Source of the DNA: an uncultured Acidobacteriota bacterium
GTDB lineage: Bacteria > Acidobacteriota > Thermoanaerobaculia > UBA5066 > Gp7-AA6
NCBI GenBank assembly: GCA_963782815.1
Contig: CAWALG010000016.1
Span: 11,372-75,371, forward strand
Length of the DNA stretch: 64,000 nt
Direction of reading: 5' to 3'
Positions 30,987-41,926 of this stretch are shown here, piece after piece; the first letter of the stretch is position 1; the number at the start of each line of letters is the position of its first letter. The notes under the pieces were generated by a model. It was not told the origin of the DNA. It did no database searches and saw only the letters and a list, made by a program, of their open reading frames with translations. A program made the translations under genes and the position numbers.

Positions 30987-32523
30987 GAGCAGCGATCACG
31001 ATGCCCCGTCCCCGCCCCTGGACAGCGAGCACCTGCGCTACGTCCTCGGCCTGAAGCTGCGGAGCCTGCGCCAGGAGAAGGGAAAGCCGCTGAAGGCGAT
31101 CGCGGCGCGGTCGGGCCTGTCCGTCTCCTACCTCTCGGAGATCGAGAAAGGGAAAGAAGTACCCGAAGCCGGGGAAGTTGATCGACCTCGCGCGGGCGCT
31201 GGACGTTCCCTTCGACTCCCTCGTCTCTCTCCAGGTGGACGAAGAGTTGAACCCCGTGAAGGCGGTCTTCTCCTCGAGCCTCCTGCGCGAGTTCCCCTTC
31301 GACCTCTTCGGCATCCAGCCGGAGGACCTCTTCGATCTCGTGACGCAGGACCCCGCCAGGGCCGGCGCGCTCCTGCGGACGTTCCTGGAAGTGGGCCGGC
31401 TCTACGACGTGCACGCCGAGCATTTCCTGCTCGCGGCGCTGCGCTCCTACCAGCAGATGCACGCGAACTACTTCGAAGACCTGGAAGAAGCCGCGGCCTC
31501 CTACCGGCGCGCCCGCGGCTGGTCCGGACGCAAGCCCCCCGCGTTCTCGCGCCTGCGCGCGATCCTCGAGCGCGAGCACGGGTACGCCGTCGACGAGAAG
31601 ACGCTGCCCGCCCATCCCGATCTCAAGAGCTTCCGCTCGGTCTTCGTGGACGGCGAGCGCCCGCGGCTCCTGATCAACGGGCGCCTGATGCCCTCCCAGA
31701 AGGGATTTCGTCCTGGCGCGGGAGATCGGCTACCGGGAGCTCCGCGTGACCGAGCGGGCGACGACCTCGACCTGGATCAAGGTCGAGTCCTTCGAGCAGG
31801 TCCTGAACAACTTCAAGGCCTCCTACTTCGCGGGCGCGCTCCTGATCGACCGGGACGTGCTGCGCGAGGACCTCGGCCGGTTTTTCGCCCAGGCCGAAGT
31901 GGGACGGGACCGCGCTGCTCGAAGGCATGCGCCGCTACGACGCGACGCCCGAGACGTTCTTCCACCGCCTGACGCAGCTGATCCCCCGCTTCTTCGGCCT
32001 GCGCGAGATCTTCTTCATGAGGTTCAGCCACGCGGTCCGGTCGAAGAGCTACGACCTGACGAAGGTCCTGAACCTGTCCCGCGTCCCGGTGCCGCACGGA
32101 GTCGGCGCGGGAGAGACCTATTGCCGCCGCTGGCCCGCCCTGCGGCTGCTGCGCGAGATGGAGCGCGGCGGAAAGAGGCGAGCCCCGGGGCCCGTCGCGT
32201 CCGCCCAGCGCTCCCATTTCCTGGACGAGGACGCCGAGTTCTTCGTGATCGCGATGGCCCGCCCCCTCGCCCTGAGCGACCGGGCCAACTCCAGCGTCTC
32301 GCTCGGGTTCCTGGTCGACGACGCCTTCCGCGACCGCGTCCGGTTCTGGGACGATCCCTCGGTCCCCCGCGTCGAGGTGAACCTGACCTGCGAGCGGTGC
32401 CGCCTCTCCTCCAGGGAGTGCCGCGACCGCGCCGCCCCTCCCATCCTCCACGACAGACAGGAGAAGCAGAACCGCAAGGAAGATGCCCTCCGCCAGCTCC
32501 TGGAAGACCCGGACCGCGTCTAG
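30985..32523 (+). CDS. XRE-family transcriptional regulator (RamB/ScfR-like), frameshifted
   Basis: GLKLRSLRQ...[17 protein letters not shown]; [15 protein letters not shown]; C-terminal CERC-x5-CRDR cluster. Confidence 0.85.
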
Positions 32524-33886
32524 CCGGCCGTGGCCCGGCCGCGCCGCCCCGCGATTCGCGTGATCTGGGCCTGCGCGGCCTCAACCGCGTTCTCGGGAGA
32601 GGCTTCGCCGCGGGCGACGCGCGCGAACATCGTCGGGATGACGAAGGTGTTGAAGACCTCGTCGATCGCCGCCGTCGCGTAGCCGGGGAAGCCGACGTTG
32701 GTCGCCCAGTCGAGCGCCTCGCGAGGACGGCGTACTTGCCCGGCGGCTCGCGCCTTCGGGTCGTCGGCGAGCCGGGCGGCGAGGTCCGGCACCGTCGCCG
32801 GATAGCAGGGGAAGTTGTAGAACTCGCTCTCGCGGAAACACGTCCGCGAAGCTGCCCGACGAGGTCCACCAGGAACTGCTTGGCCGCCGTCGATGTTCTC
32901 CGCGAACTTCCAGATGACGTAGCAGTTCATGAAGTGCTCGGCGGCGATCCGGCGGACCGGGCCCCGCAGGGCCGGCACCAGGCCGATCTTCCGCGCCATC
33001 TCCGGGTTCTCCTTCTCGGCCGTGCGGGTCACCGAGATCGCGTTCTGGACGAACGAGGCGCGGCCCGGCGAGCATCGTGCGGTTGTTCGAGGACGGGTCC
33101 CAGGTGAAGACCTCCGGCGTCTCGGTCTCCTTGTAGAGCGCGCGCACGAACTTCAGCGCCTCGACCGTCTCCTTCGAGTCCAGCGCCGGGCGGCCGCTGC
33201 TCGTCCTGCTCCGCGCCGCCGAAGGACCAGAGCAGCGCCGCGCAGCGCCATGTTCGAGTCCATCTCCTGCGAGAGGCCGAGGCCGACCGGGTTGCCGAAC
33301 TTCTCCCTGATCTTCCGGCCGCCCGCGCGCAGGTCCTCCCAGGTGTCGGGCCCGTTCGGGAAAGCCGACCTCGCTCCAGAGGTCGATGCGGTAGTTGCCC
33401 GGGTCCGGAACGAAGGAGTCGGAGAACGCGAAGTACTTTCCGGTCTTCGGGATTGAACGTCGACTTGTGCGCGAGCGGGATCATCTTGCCGTGGCGTCGC
33501 TCGACTTCCTCGACGATCTCCTGGATGGTCGATGACGCCTGCCGCTCGTAGGCCGCCGGCGGCGAGATGAAGAGGAAGAGGTCGTGCCCCTTTCCGCGCC
33601 GCCGCCTCGGCCGCGCCGCGCGCGTTGACCTCGGTCGCCGCCATGTGATCGACGATGACCTCGGTCCCGTTCTTCGCGCCCCACTCCTTCGTGTAGACAC
33701 CGTCGAACCAGGCGTCGTAGCCGGGCACGAAGTGGCTCCACTGGAGGATGCGGAGCGTCTTCTTCGCCGCGGCGCCTTCCGTCCGGCCCGCACGAGAGCG
33801 CCGGCAGCGCGCCCGCCGCGAGCGCGATGCCCGCCGCCTTCACGAACTCGCCGGCGCGAGAGCCGGCGGCGCCGTCCGAGCTTCAT
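32520..33886 (-). CDS. Extracellular solute-binding lipoprotein (CUT1-like), Tat signal; heavily frameshifted
   Basis: SRREFVKAAG...ALSCG lipobox, LRILQWSHFVPGYD, GPDTWEDL, FVIPTMFA. Confidence 0.75.
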
Positions 33887-33958
33887 CGGCGCGAGCCTCC
33901 GCCGGAGATCGTCGACTCGACGCCGGGGCTGCTCGGCGCGAAGTCTATAATCCGCGGC

Positions 33959-34472
33959 GTGGCCGCCCTGGAGCCCGGAACCCGTTTCCCGCCGCTCCCG
34001 CTCCGCGACGAGAAGGCCGGCGCGCGCCGCGGCTCCCCGCGCGGCGAGACCCTCTACGCCGTCTTCAAGACGACCTGCCCGACCTGCGAGTTCGACCTGG
34101 CCGTATCTCGACCGCATCCGGAAGATCGCCGAGGGCGGACGCCTCTCGGTCGTCGCCGTCTCCCAGGACGATCCGGACGACGACGGCGCGATTCAACGCG
34201 ACTCTGAACGTCGCGATCCCGACCGCTCTACGACCCGGAGCCCTGGCCGGCCTCCGACGCGCTCGGCCTGACGACCGTCCCGACGCTTCTTCGCGTCGGC
34301 GCCGACGGACGATCGTCCGAGAGCGTCGTCGGCTTCGACCGCGCATGAGATGGAGGAGCTTCGCGAGCTGCGCCGCGCGCTCGCGGGCCGGCCGCGCGCC
34401 GACGCTCTTCCGCCGGGCGAACACGTGCCCGCCTTCAAGCCCGGCTGAAGATCTCGCAACGCCGGCAGGTAG
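33959..34472 (+). CDS. TlpA/AhpC-like thioredoxin-fold protein with probable C-terminal selenocysteine; frameshifted
   Basis: FKTTCPTC (CxxC), WPYL, VVAVSQDD, GLTTVPTL, VVGFDR; ends FKPG-TGA(34446-34448)-RSRNAGR-TAG. Confidence 0.7.
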
Positions 34473-34476
34473 CCGG
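34462..34476 (+). promoter_or_regulatory. Candidate bacterial SECIS element
   Basis: CCGGC-AGGTA-GCCGG hairpin; apical loop starts 18 nt after the UGA and contains GGU. Confidence 0.55.
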
Positions 34477-34494
34477 ACGAAAGCGGCCATCGAA

Positions 34495-36068
34495 ATGAGG
34501 CCAGTGAACAACCCAGACACCTTCGGCGACCTGAAGACGTCGCGGCTACCGGCCGCGCGGCGTCAAGGAAGAGCTGCGCGAGAACCTCCGCCGCGCGCTC
34601 GCCGCGCGGCGAGAACCCCTTCGAGGGAATCCACGGCTACGAGCGGACCGTGCTGCCCGTCGCTCCACAACGCGATCCTCTCCAAGCCACGACTTCCTCC
34701 TGCTCGGCCTGCGCGGCCAGGCCAAGACGCGCCTCCTGCGGATGCTCGTCAACCTGCTCGACCCGGAGATCCCGGCGATCGCCGGCAGCGAGCTGAACGA
34801 GGACCCCTTCGCGCCGATCACCAAGTACGGCCGCCGCATCCTCGCGGAGAAGGGCGACGCGACGCCGATCGTCTGGATCCCGCGCGCGGAGCGCTACCGC
34901 GAGAAGCTCGCGACGCCCGACGTCACGATCGCCGACCTGATCGGCGACATCGACCCGATCAAGGCGGCCACCGAGCGCCGCTCCTACTCCGACGAGGAGG
35001 TCATCCACTTCGGCATCGTGCCGCGCACCAACCGCGGCATCTTCGCGATCAACGAGCTGCCGGACCTGCAGCCGCGCATCCAGGTCGGCCTCCTCGAACA
35101 TCCTCGAGGAGCGCGACCTCCAGATCCGCGGCTTCCCGATCCGGATCCCGCTCGACATCCTGCTCGTCTTCTCGGCCAACCCGGAGGACTACACCAACCG
35201 CGGCAACATCATCACGCCGCTGAAGGACCGCATCTCCTCGCAGATCTTCACGCACTACCCCGACGACGTGAAGACCGCGGCGAAGATCACCGCGCAGGAG
35301 GCCTGGCTCGAGCGCGACGGCGAGCCGCGGATCGAGATCCCCGACCTCTTCCGCGAGCTCGTCGAGGAGATCGCCTTCGCGGCGCGCGCGTGCGAGTTCG
35401 TGGACCAGTCCTCGGGCGTCTCGGCGCGCATGCCGATCTCGGCGATCGAGATCCTCGCCTCGAACCTCGAGCGCCGCGGCCTGAAGTCAACGGCGAGAAG
35501 CGCGTCGTCTCGCCGCGGCTCTGCGACCTCCCCGCGACGCTGCCGGCGATCACCGGCAAGGTCGAGATGGTCTACGAGGGCGAGCAGCAGGGCGCCGAGG
35601 TCATCGCCAAGAAGCTGATCGGCACCGCCGTCAAGAAGCTCTTCGACGCGAAGTTCCCGGCGCCCGACTCGGGCCGCCCCACGCGAGCGGCGCCGCCAGG
35701 AGCAGGACGAAGGCCGACGAGATCCCGGCCGGCCCGCCGGCGCCGCGCCCGGATGCCCCCGCCGGAGAAGATCCATCCGCTCTACGAGCCGATCGTCGCG
35801 TGGTTCGCCGCGGGCAACCGGATCACGCTCTCCGACGACACGCCGTTCGCCGAGCACTCGCGGCGCTGCAGTCCGTGCCCGGACCTGAAGAAGGCGGTCG
35901 AGGAGCACTTCGCCCCCGCGCTCCGAAGGAGGAGCTCGCGATCGGCATGGAGCTCGTCCTCGAAGGCCTGACCCAGCACCTGAAGATCGCCCGCGAGGAC
36001 CTCGACTCCCGCGTCTCCTACACCGAGATGCTGAAGTTCAACCTGGTCCGGAACCGCGGACCAACTAG
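34495..36068 (+). CDS. AAA+ ATPase (Mg-chelatase ChlI/MoxR-related), frameshifted; end approximate
   Basis: [57 protein letters not shown]. Confidence 0.85.
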
Positions 36069-36071
36069 ACT

Positions 36072-36099
36072 TGTCATCCTGAGCGAAGCGAAGGATCTG
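36072..36099 (+). repeat. Single arm of TGTCATCCTGAGCG...AAGGATCTG repeat
   Basis: ttgtcatcctgagcgaagcgaaggatctgc. Confidence 0.85.
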
Positions 36100-36864
36100 C
36101 TCCGCGGCTTCCAGGGAGCGTCCTGGCGCGCGAGCCGCTCCTCGGCTGCTTCCTGACCTGGCCGACGGCGGGCGTCGTCGAGCTGCTCGCTCTCGCCGGC
36201 TTCGACTTCGCTCGTCATCGACACCGAGCACGGGTTCTTCTCGATCGAGTCGGTCGAGCGCGATGGTCCTCGCGGCCGAGGGGGCGGGATTGCCGGCGAT
36301 CGTGCGCGTGCCCGTCCTGCACCGCGGCCGAGGTCGGGACGAAGCCTCGACGCCGGAGCGGCCGGGCTCCTGTTTCCGCGCGGCGACGGCCGCGCGGCGG
36401 TCGCGCGGCGCGGTCGAGAGCGTCGAAGTACGCCCCCGTCGGCAAGCGCGGCCTCGCCGGCGTGCGGGCGAACCGCTACGGGGCGATTCCCCTCGACCAC
36501 TGCGTGCAGGAAGCCAACGAGCAGACGGCCGTCGTCGTCCAGATCGAAACGGCCGGAGCGCTGGCGGAGCTCGACGCCGATCGCCGCGGAGACGGTCTCG
36601 ACGTCCTCTTCGTCGGCCCCAACGACCTGTCGCAGGCCCTCGGCGTGCCCGGCCACTACGACGACCCGCGCTACCGGGCCGCGCTCGAGCGAAGATCGCC
36701 GGCCAGGCGAAGGCAGCACGGCAAGGCCGCCGGCATCATGCTGCGGCCGCGCCGACCAGATCCCGGCCCTCCGCGAGCTCGGCTACACGTTCTTCACGAC
36801 GAGCGACCGGACGCTCTTCCTCGAGTCCGCGCGGCGCCTGGCGCGGGCGCTCGATCGAGACTGA
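36080..36864 (+). CDS. HpcH/HpaI aldolase family protein, heavily frameshifted; start uncertain
   Basis: AGFDF..IDTEHG, KYAPVGKRGLAG, VVQIET, DVLFVGPNDLSQALG. Confidence 0.8.
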
Positions 36865-36867
36865 GGC

Positions 36868-37958
36868 ATGCGTTACCGCTACTCGGACTACCCGGTCGAT
36901 CTGCTTCGGGCAGCTCCTGACGTACCAGGAGCTGGTCAAGCTCTTCCTGCAGCTCGTTCTCCAGACCGGCGGCGACGTCGAGGAGGCGCTCCGGTGGATG
37001 AAGTACCTGCAGGAGCGCGGGATGATCGACCCTGGATCGACCTCGAGGAGTTCCGCAAGGCGCTCCAGAAGAGCGAGATCGTCGAGGACCGCGGCGGGCA
37101 GCTCGCGCTCTCGGCCGCCGGCGAGCGGCGGATCCGGCGCTCGGCCCTCGAGGAGATCTTCACGTCGCTGTCCAAGTCCGGGGCCGGGCTACCACTCGAT
37201 CCCGCGCGCGGGCTCGGGCGGCGAGCTCCTGCCCGAGACCCGCGCCTACGAGTTCGGCGACAACCCGACGCGCGATCGACGGCGTCCGCTCGATCGGCAA
37301 CGCCGTGCGCCGCGACGCCGAGGACATCGCCCTGCAGGCCGAGGACTTCGAGGTCCACGAGGAGGAGCACCTGACCTCCTGCGCGACCGTGCTCGCCATC
37401 GACATCTCCCACTCGATGATCCTCTACGGCGAGGACCGCTTCACGCCCGGCCAAGAAGGTCGCGCTCGCGATGGTCGAGCTCATCCAGTCGAAGTACCCC
37501 AAGGACTCGATCGACGTCCTCCTCTTCGGCGACGACGCGAAGCGCGTCCCGATCTCCGAGATCTCCAAGACGCAGGTCGGCCCGTTCCACACCAACACCA
37601 AGGCCGGCCTGGCGCTCGCCCGCAAGCTCCTCGTCAGCACCGGAAGAACCCGAACAAGCAGGTCTTCCTCATCACCGACGGCAAGCCCTCGGCGATCTGG
37701 GAGCGCGGGCGGCTCTACAAGAACCCCTTCGGCCTGGACCTGAAGATCGTCAACCGCACGCTCGAGGAGGCCGACGCCTGCCGCCGCGACGGGATCACGA
37801 TCACGACCTTCATGATCGCGACGGACACGTACCTCGTCGAGTTCGTGGACAAGCTGACCAAGATCAACCGGGGCCGCGCGTACTACGCCTCGCCCTACAA
37901 CCTCGCGGAGTTTCTCTTCACCGACTACATCCGCAACCGGAAGAAGTTCCTCCATTGA
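36868..37958 (+). CDS. vWA domain protein (partner of the AAA+ ATPase), frameshifted
   Basis: MIDAS-like AIDISHSM, HTNTKAGL, FLITDGKPS, TKINRGRAY. Confidence 0.87.
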
Positions 37959-38422
37959 CTCTCCTCCTCTGGGGACTCATCGCCGCGATCGCGGCCCTCG
38001 TCGGGCTCGTCCTCGTGCCGCGCGCTCTCTTGAAGAGCGCCCAGGACCGGCTGGCGCAGGCGGCCATCCTGCGCGAGGGGGAGAACTTCAAGCTCCTGAC
38101 CAGGGCCGACCTCGTCACGGGACGCTACCGCCGGATTCCCGGCGTTCTGGGGCTCACGCCGCAGGCGCTCCAGTTCATGGGCCTCTTCGGCGAAACGGTC
38201 ACCGTGGAGACTCCCAGGATCCACCGGATCGAGACGGGACGCCGGCTGGCCTCGGGCCGCAAGCTCCTCCGTCTCGAGGCGCTGCGGATCACCCGCTCGG
38301 ACGGCACGAGACTCGAGGTCGTCCTGTCGCCGCTCTCCGCGCTCGCCTGGAGGAGCCACCTCGGCGCCTGGGCAGTCGAAGAGCGCCGCGCCGCCATGGA
38401 CCGCGTCACACCCGGACGCTAA
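37955..38422 (+). CDS. Membrane-anchored hypothetical protein (possible PH-like domain)
   Basis: TTG overlapping the vWA stop; N-terminal TM helix; beta-rich GVLGLT...LQF...RIHRIET pattern. Confidence 0.6.
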   Translation: MTLLLWGLIAAIAALVGLVLVPRALLKSAQDRLAQAAILREGENFKLLTRADLVTGRYRRIPGVLGLTPQALQFMGLFGETVTVETPRIHRIETGRRLASGRKLLRLEALRITRSDGTRLEVVLSPLSALAWRSHLGAWAVEERRAAMDRVTPGR

Positions 38423-38426
38423 CGCG

Positions 38427-38825
38427 ATGAACCGGACAGGGCTCGCCGCCGCGCTCGGCGTCCTGGTCGCAACGGCCGCTTTCTCGATCGCGCCGAGGGC
38501 ATCCGCGGCCGGCTCCTCCGTTTCCTGCCCGCGGAGACCGTCTCGAGAGCGGCCGGCGTCGAGGCCGGCGCCTTACGCGGGTGAGCCGATCTCCCTTGAT
38601 CTGAAGGATGCCGACCTGAAGGACGTCCTGCGCACCTTCGCCGAGCTGACGAAGACGAACATCGCGATCGACCCGGACGTCAGGGGCTCCGTCACCGTCC
38701 GGCTGAACGACGTGCCCTGGGATCAGGCGCTCGACGTCATTCTGAGGATCAACGGGTTGGGTTACATTCTCGAAGGCAAGATCCTCCGCGTGGGAACGCC
38801 GGCCAGGCTCCTTTCCGAAGACTAA
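38427..38825 (+). CDS. Secreted stand-alone secretin/TonB N-terminal (STN/N0, PilQ-like) domain protein
   Basis: Signal peptide; YAGEPISLDLKDADLKDVLRTF...VRLNDVPWDQALDVIL matches PilQ N0. Confidence 0.8.
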   Translation: MNRTGLAAALGVLVATAAFSIAPRASAAGSSVSCPRRPSRERPASRPAPYAGEPISLDLKDADLKDVLRTFAELTKTNIAIDPDVRGSVTVRLNDVPWDQALDVILRINGLGYILEGKILRVGTPARLLSED

Positions 38826-39673
38826 TCCGGAAGGAACGCGACCACCCTCTGCGCCAGTGTCGCCGGCAGATGGCCCAGGGCTTCGCGGATTTCTTCGACT
38901 CGGTAGCGCTGCGAGAAGTGGGTCAGGACGATCGCCTCGTTCCGGAATTCGGAGGCGCGCTCGACGAAATCCTCCAGGTGGAGGTGCGCGTAGGTGCGGG
39001 CCCGCTCGCGGTCTTCCGGGAGGACGAAGGAGCACTCGATGAGGAGGACGCGGGCGAGGTAGAGCTCGGGGGCGGCGTCGAAGATCGCCGGCGCGCAGTC
39101 GCCCGGATAGGCGAGGAGCGGCGTCTCCTGGCGGCGCGTGACCTCGACCCCCTGCGCGCGCAGCGCCGCGATCCTCTCCCCCGGCAGGCCGAGAAACTCC
39201 TCCCGCAGCTTGTGCTTGATCTCGCTGAAGAGGTACCCGACCGTGGGAACGCGGTGGCGGCCGGGAAGGATCTTCAGCTCGAGGTCGTTTCGGAGCCGGA
39301 AGGTCGCCCCCGGCGTCGCGGGGGTGACGTGAAGGCCGTAATCCACGTTCTCCAGCCGCTGGGAGAAGGCGAGCCACGCCTCCAGGTCCGGGACGGCCTC
39401 GTCGGGCGCGAAGACCCGGGCGGCGGGCATCCCGTCCAGCCGCCGGCGGGAGGCGTGGTGCGCGAGGCCCGCGGCGTGGTCGAGGTGGCCGTGCGTCAGG
39501 CAGACGGTCGGGTAGGAGACCGTGTCCTCCGGCGCGCGCCCGAATTCCAGGAGAGTCCGGAACCCCGGGAGCTTGTAGAAGGACTCGCGCCCGGCGATCG
39601 AAACGCCTTCGATCGCGATGCCGGCCGCGGTGACCTGCACCCGGCCGCGCCCCTCGAGATAGTCGCCGGACAT
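38822..39673 (-). CDS. Metallo-beta-lactamase-fold hydrolase, RNase Z-like
   Basis: THGHLDHAAG, HRVPTVGY, AYPGD, LIECSF, HLHL, LTHFSQRY. Confidence 0.85.
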   Translation of the reverse strand: MSGDYLEGRGRVQVTAAGIAIEGVSIAGRESFYKLPGFRTLLEFGRAPEDTVSYPTVCLTHGHLDHAAGLAHHASRRRLDGMPAARVFAPDEAVPDLEAWLAFSQRLENVDYGLHVTPATPGATFRLRNDLELKILPGRHRVPTVGYLFSEIKHKLREEFLGLPGERIAALRAQGVEVTRRQETPLLAYPGDCAPAIFDAAPELYLARVLLIECSFVLPEDRERARTYAHLHLEDFVERASEFRNEAIVLTHFSQRYRVEEIREALGHLPATLAQRVVAFLPD

Positions 39674-39707
39674 CGGTCGCAGATTACTGCAGACGCATCC
39701 GCCTCTG

Positions 39708-39789
39708 TGTCATTCTGAGGAGCGAAGCGACGAAGAATCTGCTCGTTTTCGAATGGAAGAGCAGATCCTTCGCTGCGCTCAGGATGACA
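39708..39789. repeat. MITE/REP-like composite inverted repeat (second copy)
   Basis: TGTCATTCTGAGGAGCGAAGCGACGAAGAATCTG ... CAGATCCTTCGCTGCGCTCAGGATGACA. Confidence 0.88.
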
Positions 39790-39809
39790 GGGTCGAGTAG
39801 CCTAAGCCC

Positions 39810-40863
39810 GTGCGCGTCGACCTCTTCGACTACTTTCTTCCGGGCGGACAGGATCGCGCAGACGGCGCGGCCCCGGGGCACGAGCCGGCTCCTGGTCCTG
39901 GATCGAAACACGGGAGCCGCCGCTCACCGGCGGTTCTCCGAGTTTCCCGGGCTGCTTCGGCGAGGGGGACGTGCTCGTCCGCAACGACGTGCGCGTTCGC
40001 CGCGCGCGGCTCTACGGGCGGGACGAGGAAGCGCAGGCTCGTCGAGGTCTTCCTCCTGCGGCCGATCGGCGGGGATGCTGCGCCGCTGGGAGGCGCTCGC
40101 CAGACCGGGACGGCGCGCGAAGAGAGGACGGACGGTTCGATTCCCCGAAGGGCTCGAAGCGATCGTCGAAAGCGTCGGAGACGACGGCCGGCGCCAGGTC
40201 CTCTTCGGCCGCGAGATCGACGAACCGCTTCTCGAAAGGATCGGCAACATCCCCCTCCCCCCCTACATCCGGCGCGAGCCGGGCGCTCCCGACAGGCCGG
40301 AGGACCGCGAGGCCTACCAGACCGTCTTCGCCCGCGAGCCCCTGGCGGTCGCCGCCCCGACCGCGGGGCTCCATTTCACCGAGGAAGTCCTGGACAAGAT
40401 CCGGGATCAGGGCGTCGTCATTGCGGACCTGACCCTCGCTGTCGGCCCGGGGACGTTCAAGCCGGTCACGAGCGACGCCACGGAAGGCCACTCCTTCGAT
40501 CCGGAGGACGTGGTCGTGCCCGCGGAGACGCTCGGCGCCATCGCCCGCGCCCGGCAGAAGGGATCGCCGCGTCGTCGCGGTCGGGAACGACGGTTGCCCG
40601 CGCGCTCGAAGCCGCGGCGCGCCTGCCGGGCGGCCTGCCCGTGCGGCGAAGAACTGCGCTTCGCCGCGGACATCTTCATCACGCCCGGTTTCGAGTTCCG
40701 CGTGGTGGACGCCCTCCTGACGAACTTCCACCTGCCCCGCTCGACCCTCCTGATGCTCGTCTCCGCCTTCGCCGGCCGTGAGAAAGTCCTCGCCGCGTAT
40801 GAGGAGGCGATCCGGCAGGGGTACCTCTTCTACTCCTACGGCGACGCGATGTTCATCGCCTGA
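39810..40863 (+). CDS. queA: S-adenosylmethionine:tRNA ribosyltransferase-isomerase, frameshifted
   Basis: FDY.LP..RIAQ, PLPPYIRR, YQTVFA, AAPTAGLHF, TNFHLPRSTL, FYSYGDAM. Confidence 0.95.
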
Positions 40864-40869
40864 ACCAGG

Positions 40870-40942
40870 GGTCTAATGTCTAAGGTCTAAGGTCTAAAGT
40901 CCCAGGGGCCCGACCTTAGACCTTGGACCTTAGACCTTAGAC
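40870..40942. repeat. Inverted pair of (GTCTAAG)n arrays between convergent genes
   Basis: gtctaatgtctaaggtctaaggtctaaagtcccagg...gaccttagaccttggaccttagaccttagac. Confidence 0.92.
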
Positions 40943-41851
40943 GCTCCTACTCCGTCTCCGTCCAGCATTGCGCGGAGCGCGGCGGTATGCGCGCTCGTCG
41001 TTCCGCAGCAGCCGCCGACGATGCGGGCGCCGGCCGCGAGCCAATCGCGGGCGAGATCGGCGTAGTCCTCGGGCGGCACGTTTTCGGTGAAGACCGTCCG
41101 ATCCTCGCCGGTCGGCGGGCCGAGGTTTCCGTAGGCGGCCAGCGGCACGCCGGGCGCGGCGCGGGCCAGAACGGCGAGATCGCCGCCGAGGCGGCGGGCG
41201 GGCACGCAGTTGATCGAGAGAGCCTCGAGCTTGAGAGACGCGAGAGACCGGACGGCCTCGTCGATGGTCTCGCCCGAGAGGAGACGGCCCTGTCCGTCGG
41301 TGATCATGGACGCGATGACGGGTAGGCCCGTGGCCTTCGCCCAGCGGGTTGCCGCGGCCATCTCCCGCACCGAGTTCTGCGTCTCCACGAAGATGGCGTC
41401 GGCGCCCGCCGCGGCCAGCGCCTCGGCCTGCATGGCGTGCTCCCGCTCGAGCGACTCCCCGTCCGGCGTCAGATCGGGCCTGTAGCAGTCCTCCAGCGGC
41501 GAGAGGGACCCGGCCACGAAGACCGGACGTCCGGCGCCGCGGGCCGCCTCGCGCGCGAGAGCGACCGCCGTCCGCGTCAGCTCCGCCGAGCGCGCCTCGA
41601 GCCGCTCGCGGGCCAGCGTGCGGTGGTGGGTCCGGAAGGTGTTGGCCGTCAGGATCTCGGCGCCGGCGGCCGCTTCCTCCCGATGAATCGCGAGGACGAG
41701 CTCCGGGTTCTCGATCAACGCCCGCGCGCTCCAGAGGGGCAGCCGGACCGGCGCCCCGCCGCGCTCGAGCTGGGTTCCCATCGCGGCGTCGAGGAGAATC
41801 GGGGGCCCCTCCCGGATCCGGGCCCGAAACGCTCTCCGAGGACGACAGCAT
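40930..41851 (-). CDS. Homocysteine S-methyltransferase family protein
   Basis: ILLDAAMGTQL, LTANTF, SINC, IVGGCCGT. Confidence 0.88.
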
Positions 41852-41863
41852 CAGCTCTTTCCC

Positions 41864-41894
41864 ATAAAAAATAAGGCCAGAGATGACTCTGGCC
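41864..41894 (-). terminator. Intrinsic terminator of glnA
   Basis: GGCCAGAG-TCAT-CTCTGGCC hairpin followed by TTATTTTTT on the minus strand. Confidence 0.75.
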
Positions 41895-41926
41895 TTAAAA
41901 ACATATACTCCCTCTGGGAAATTGTC

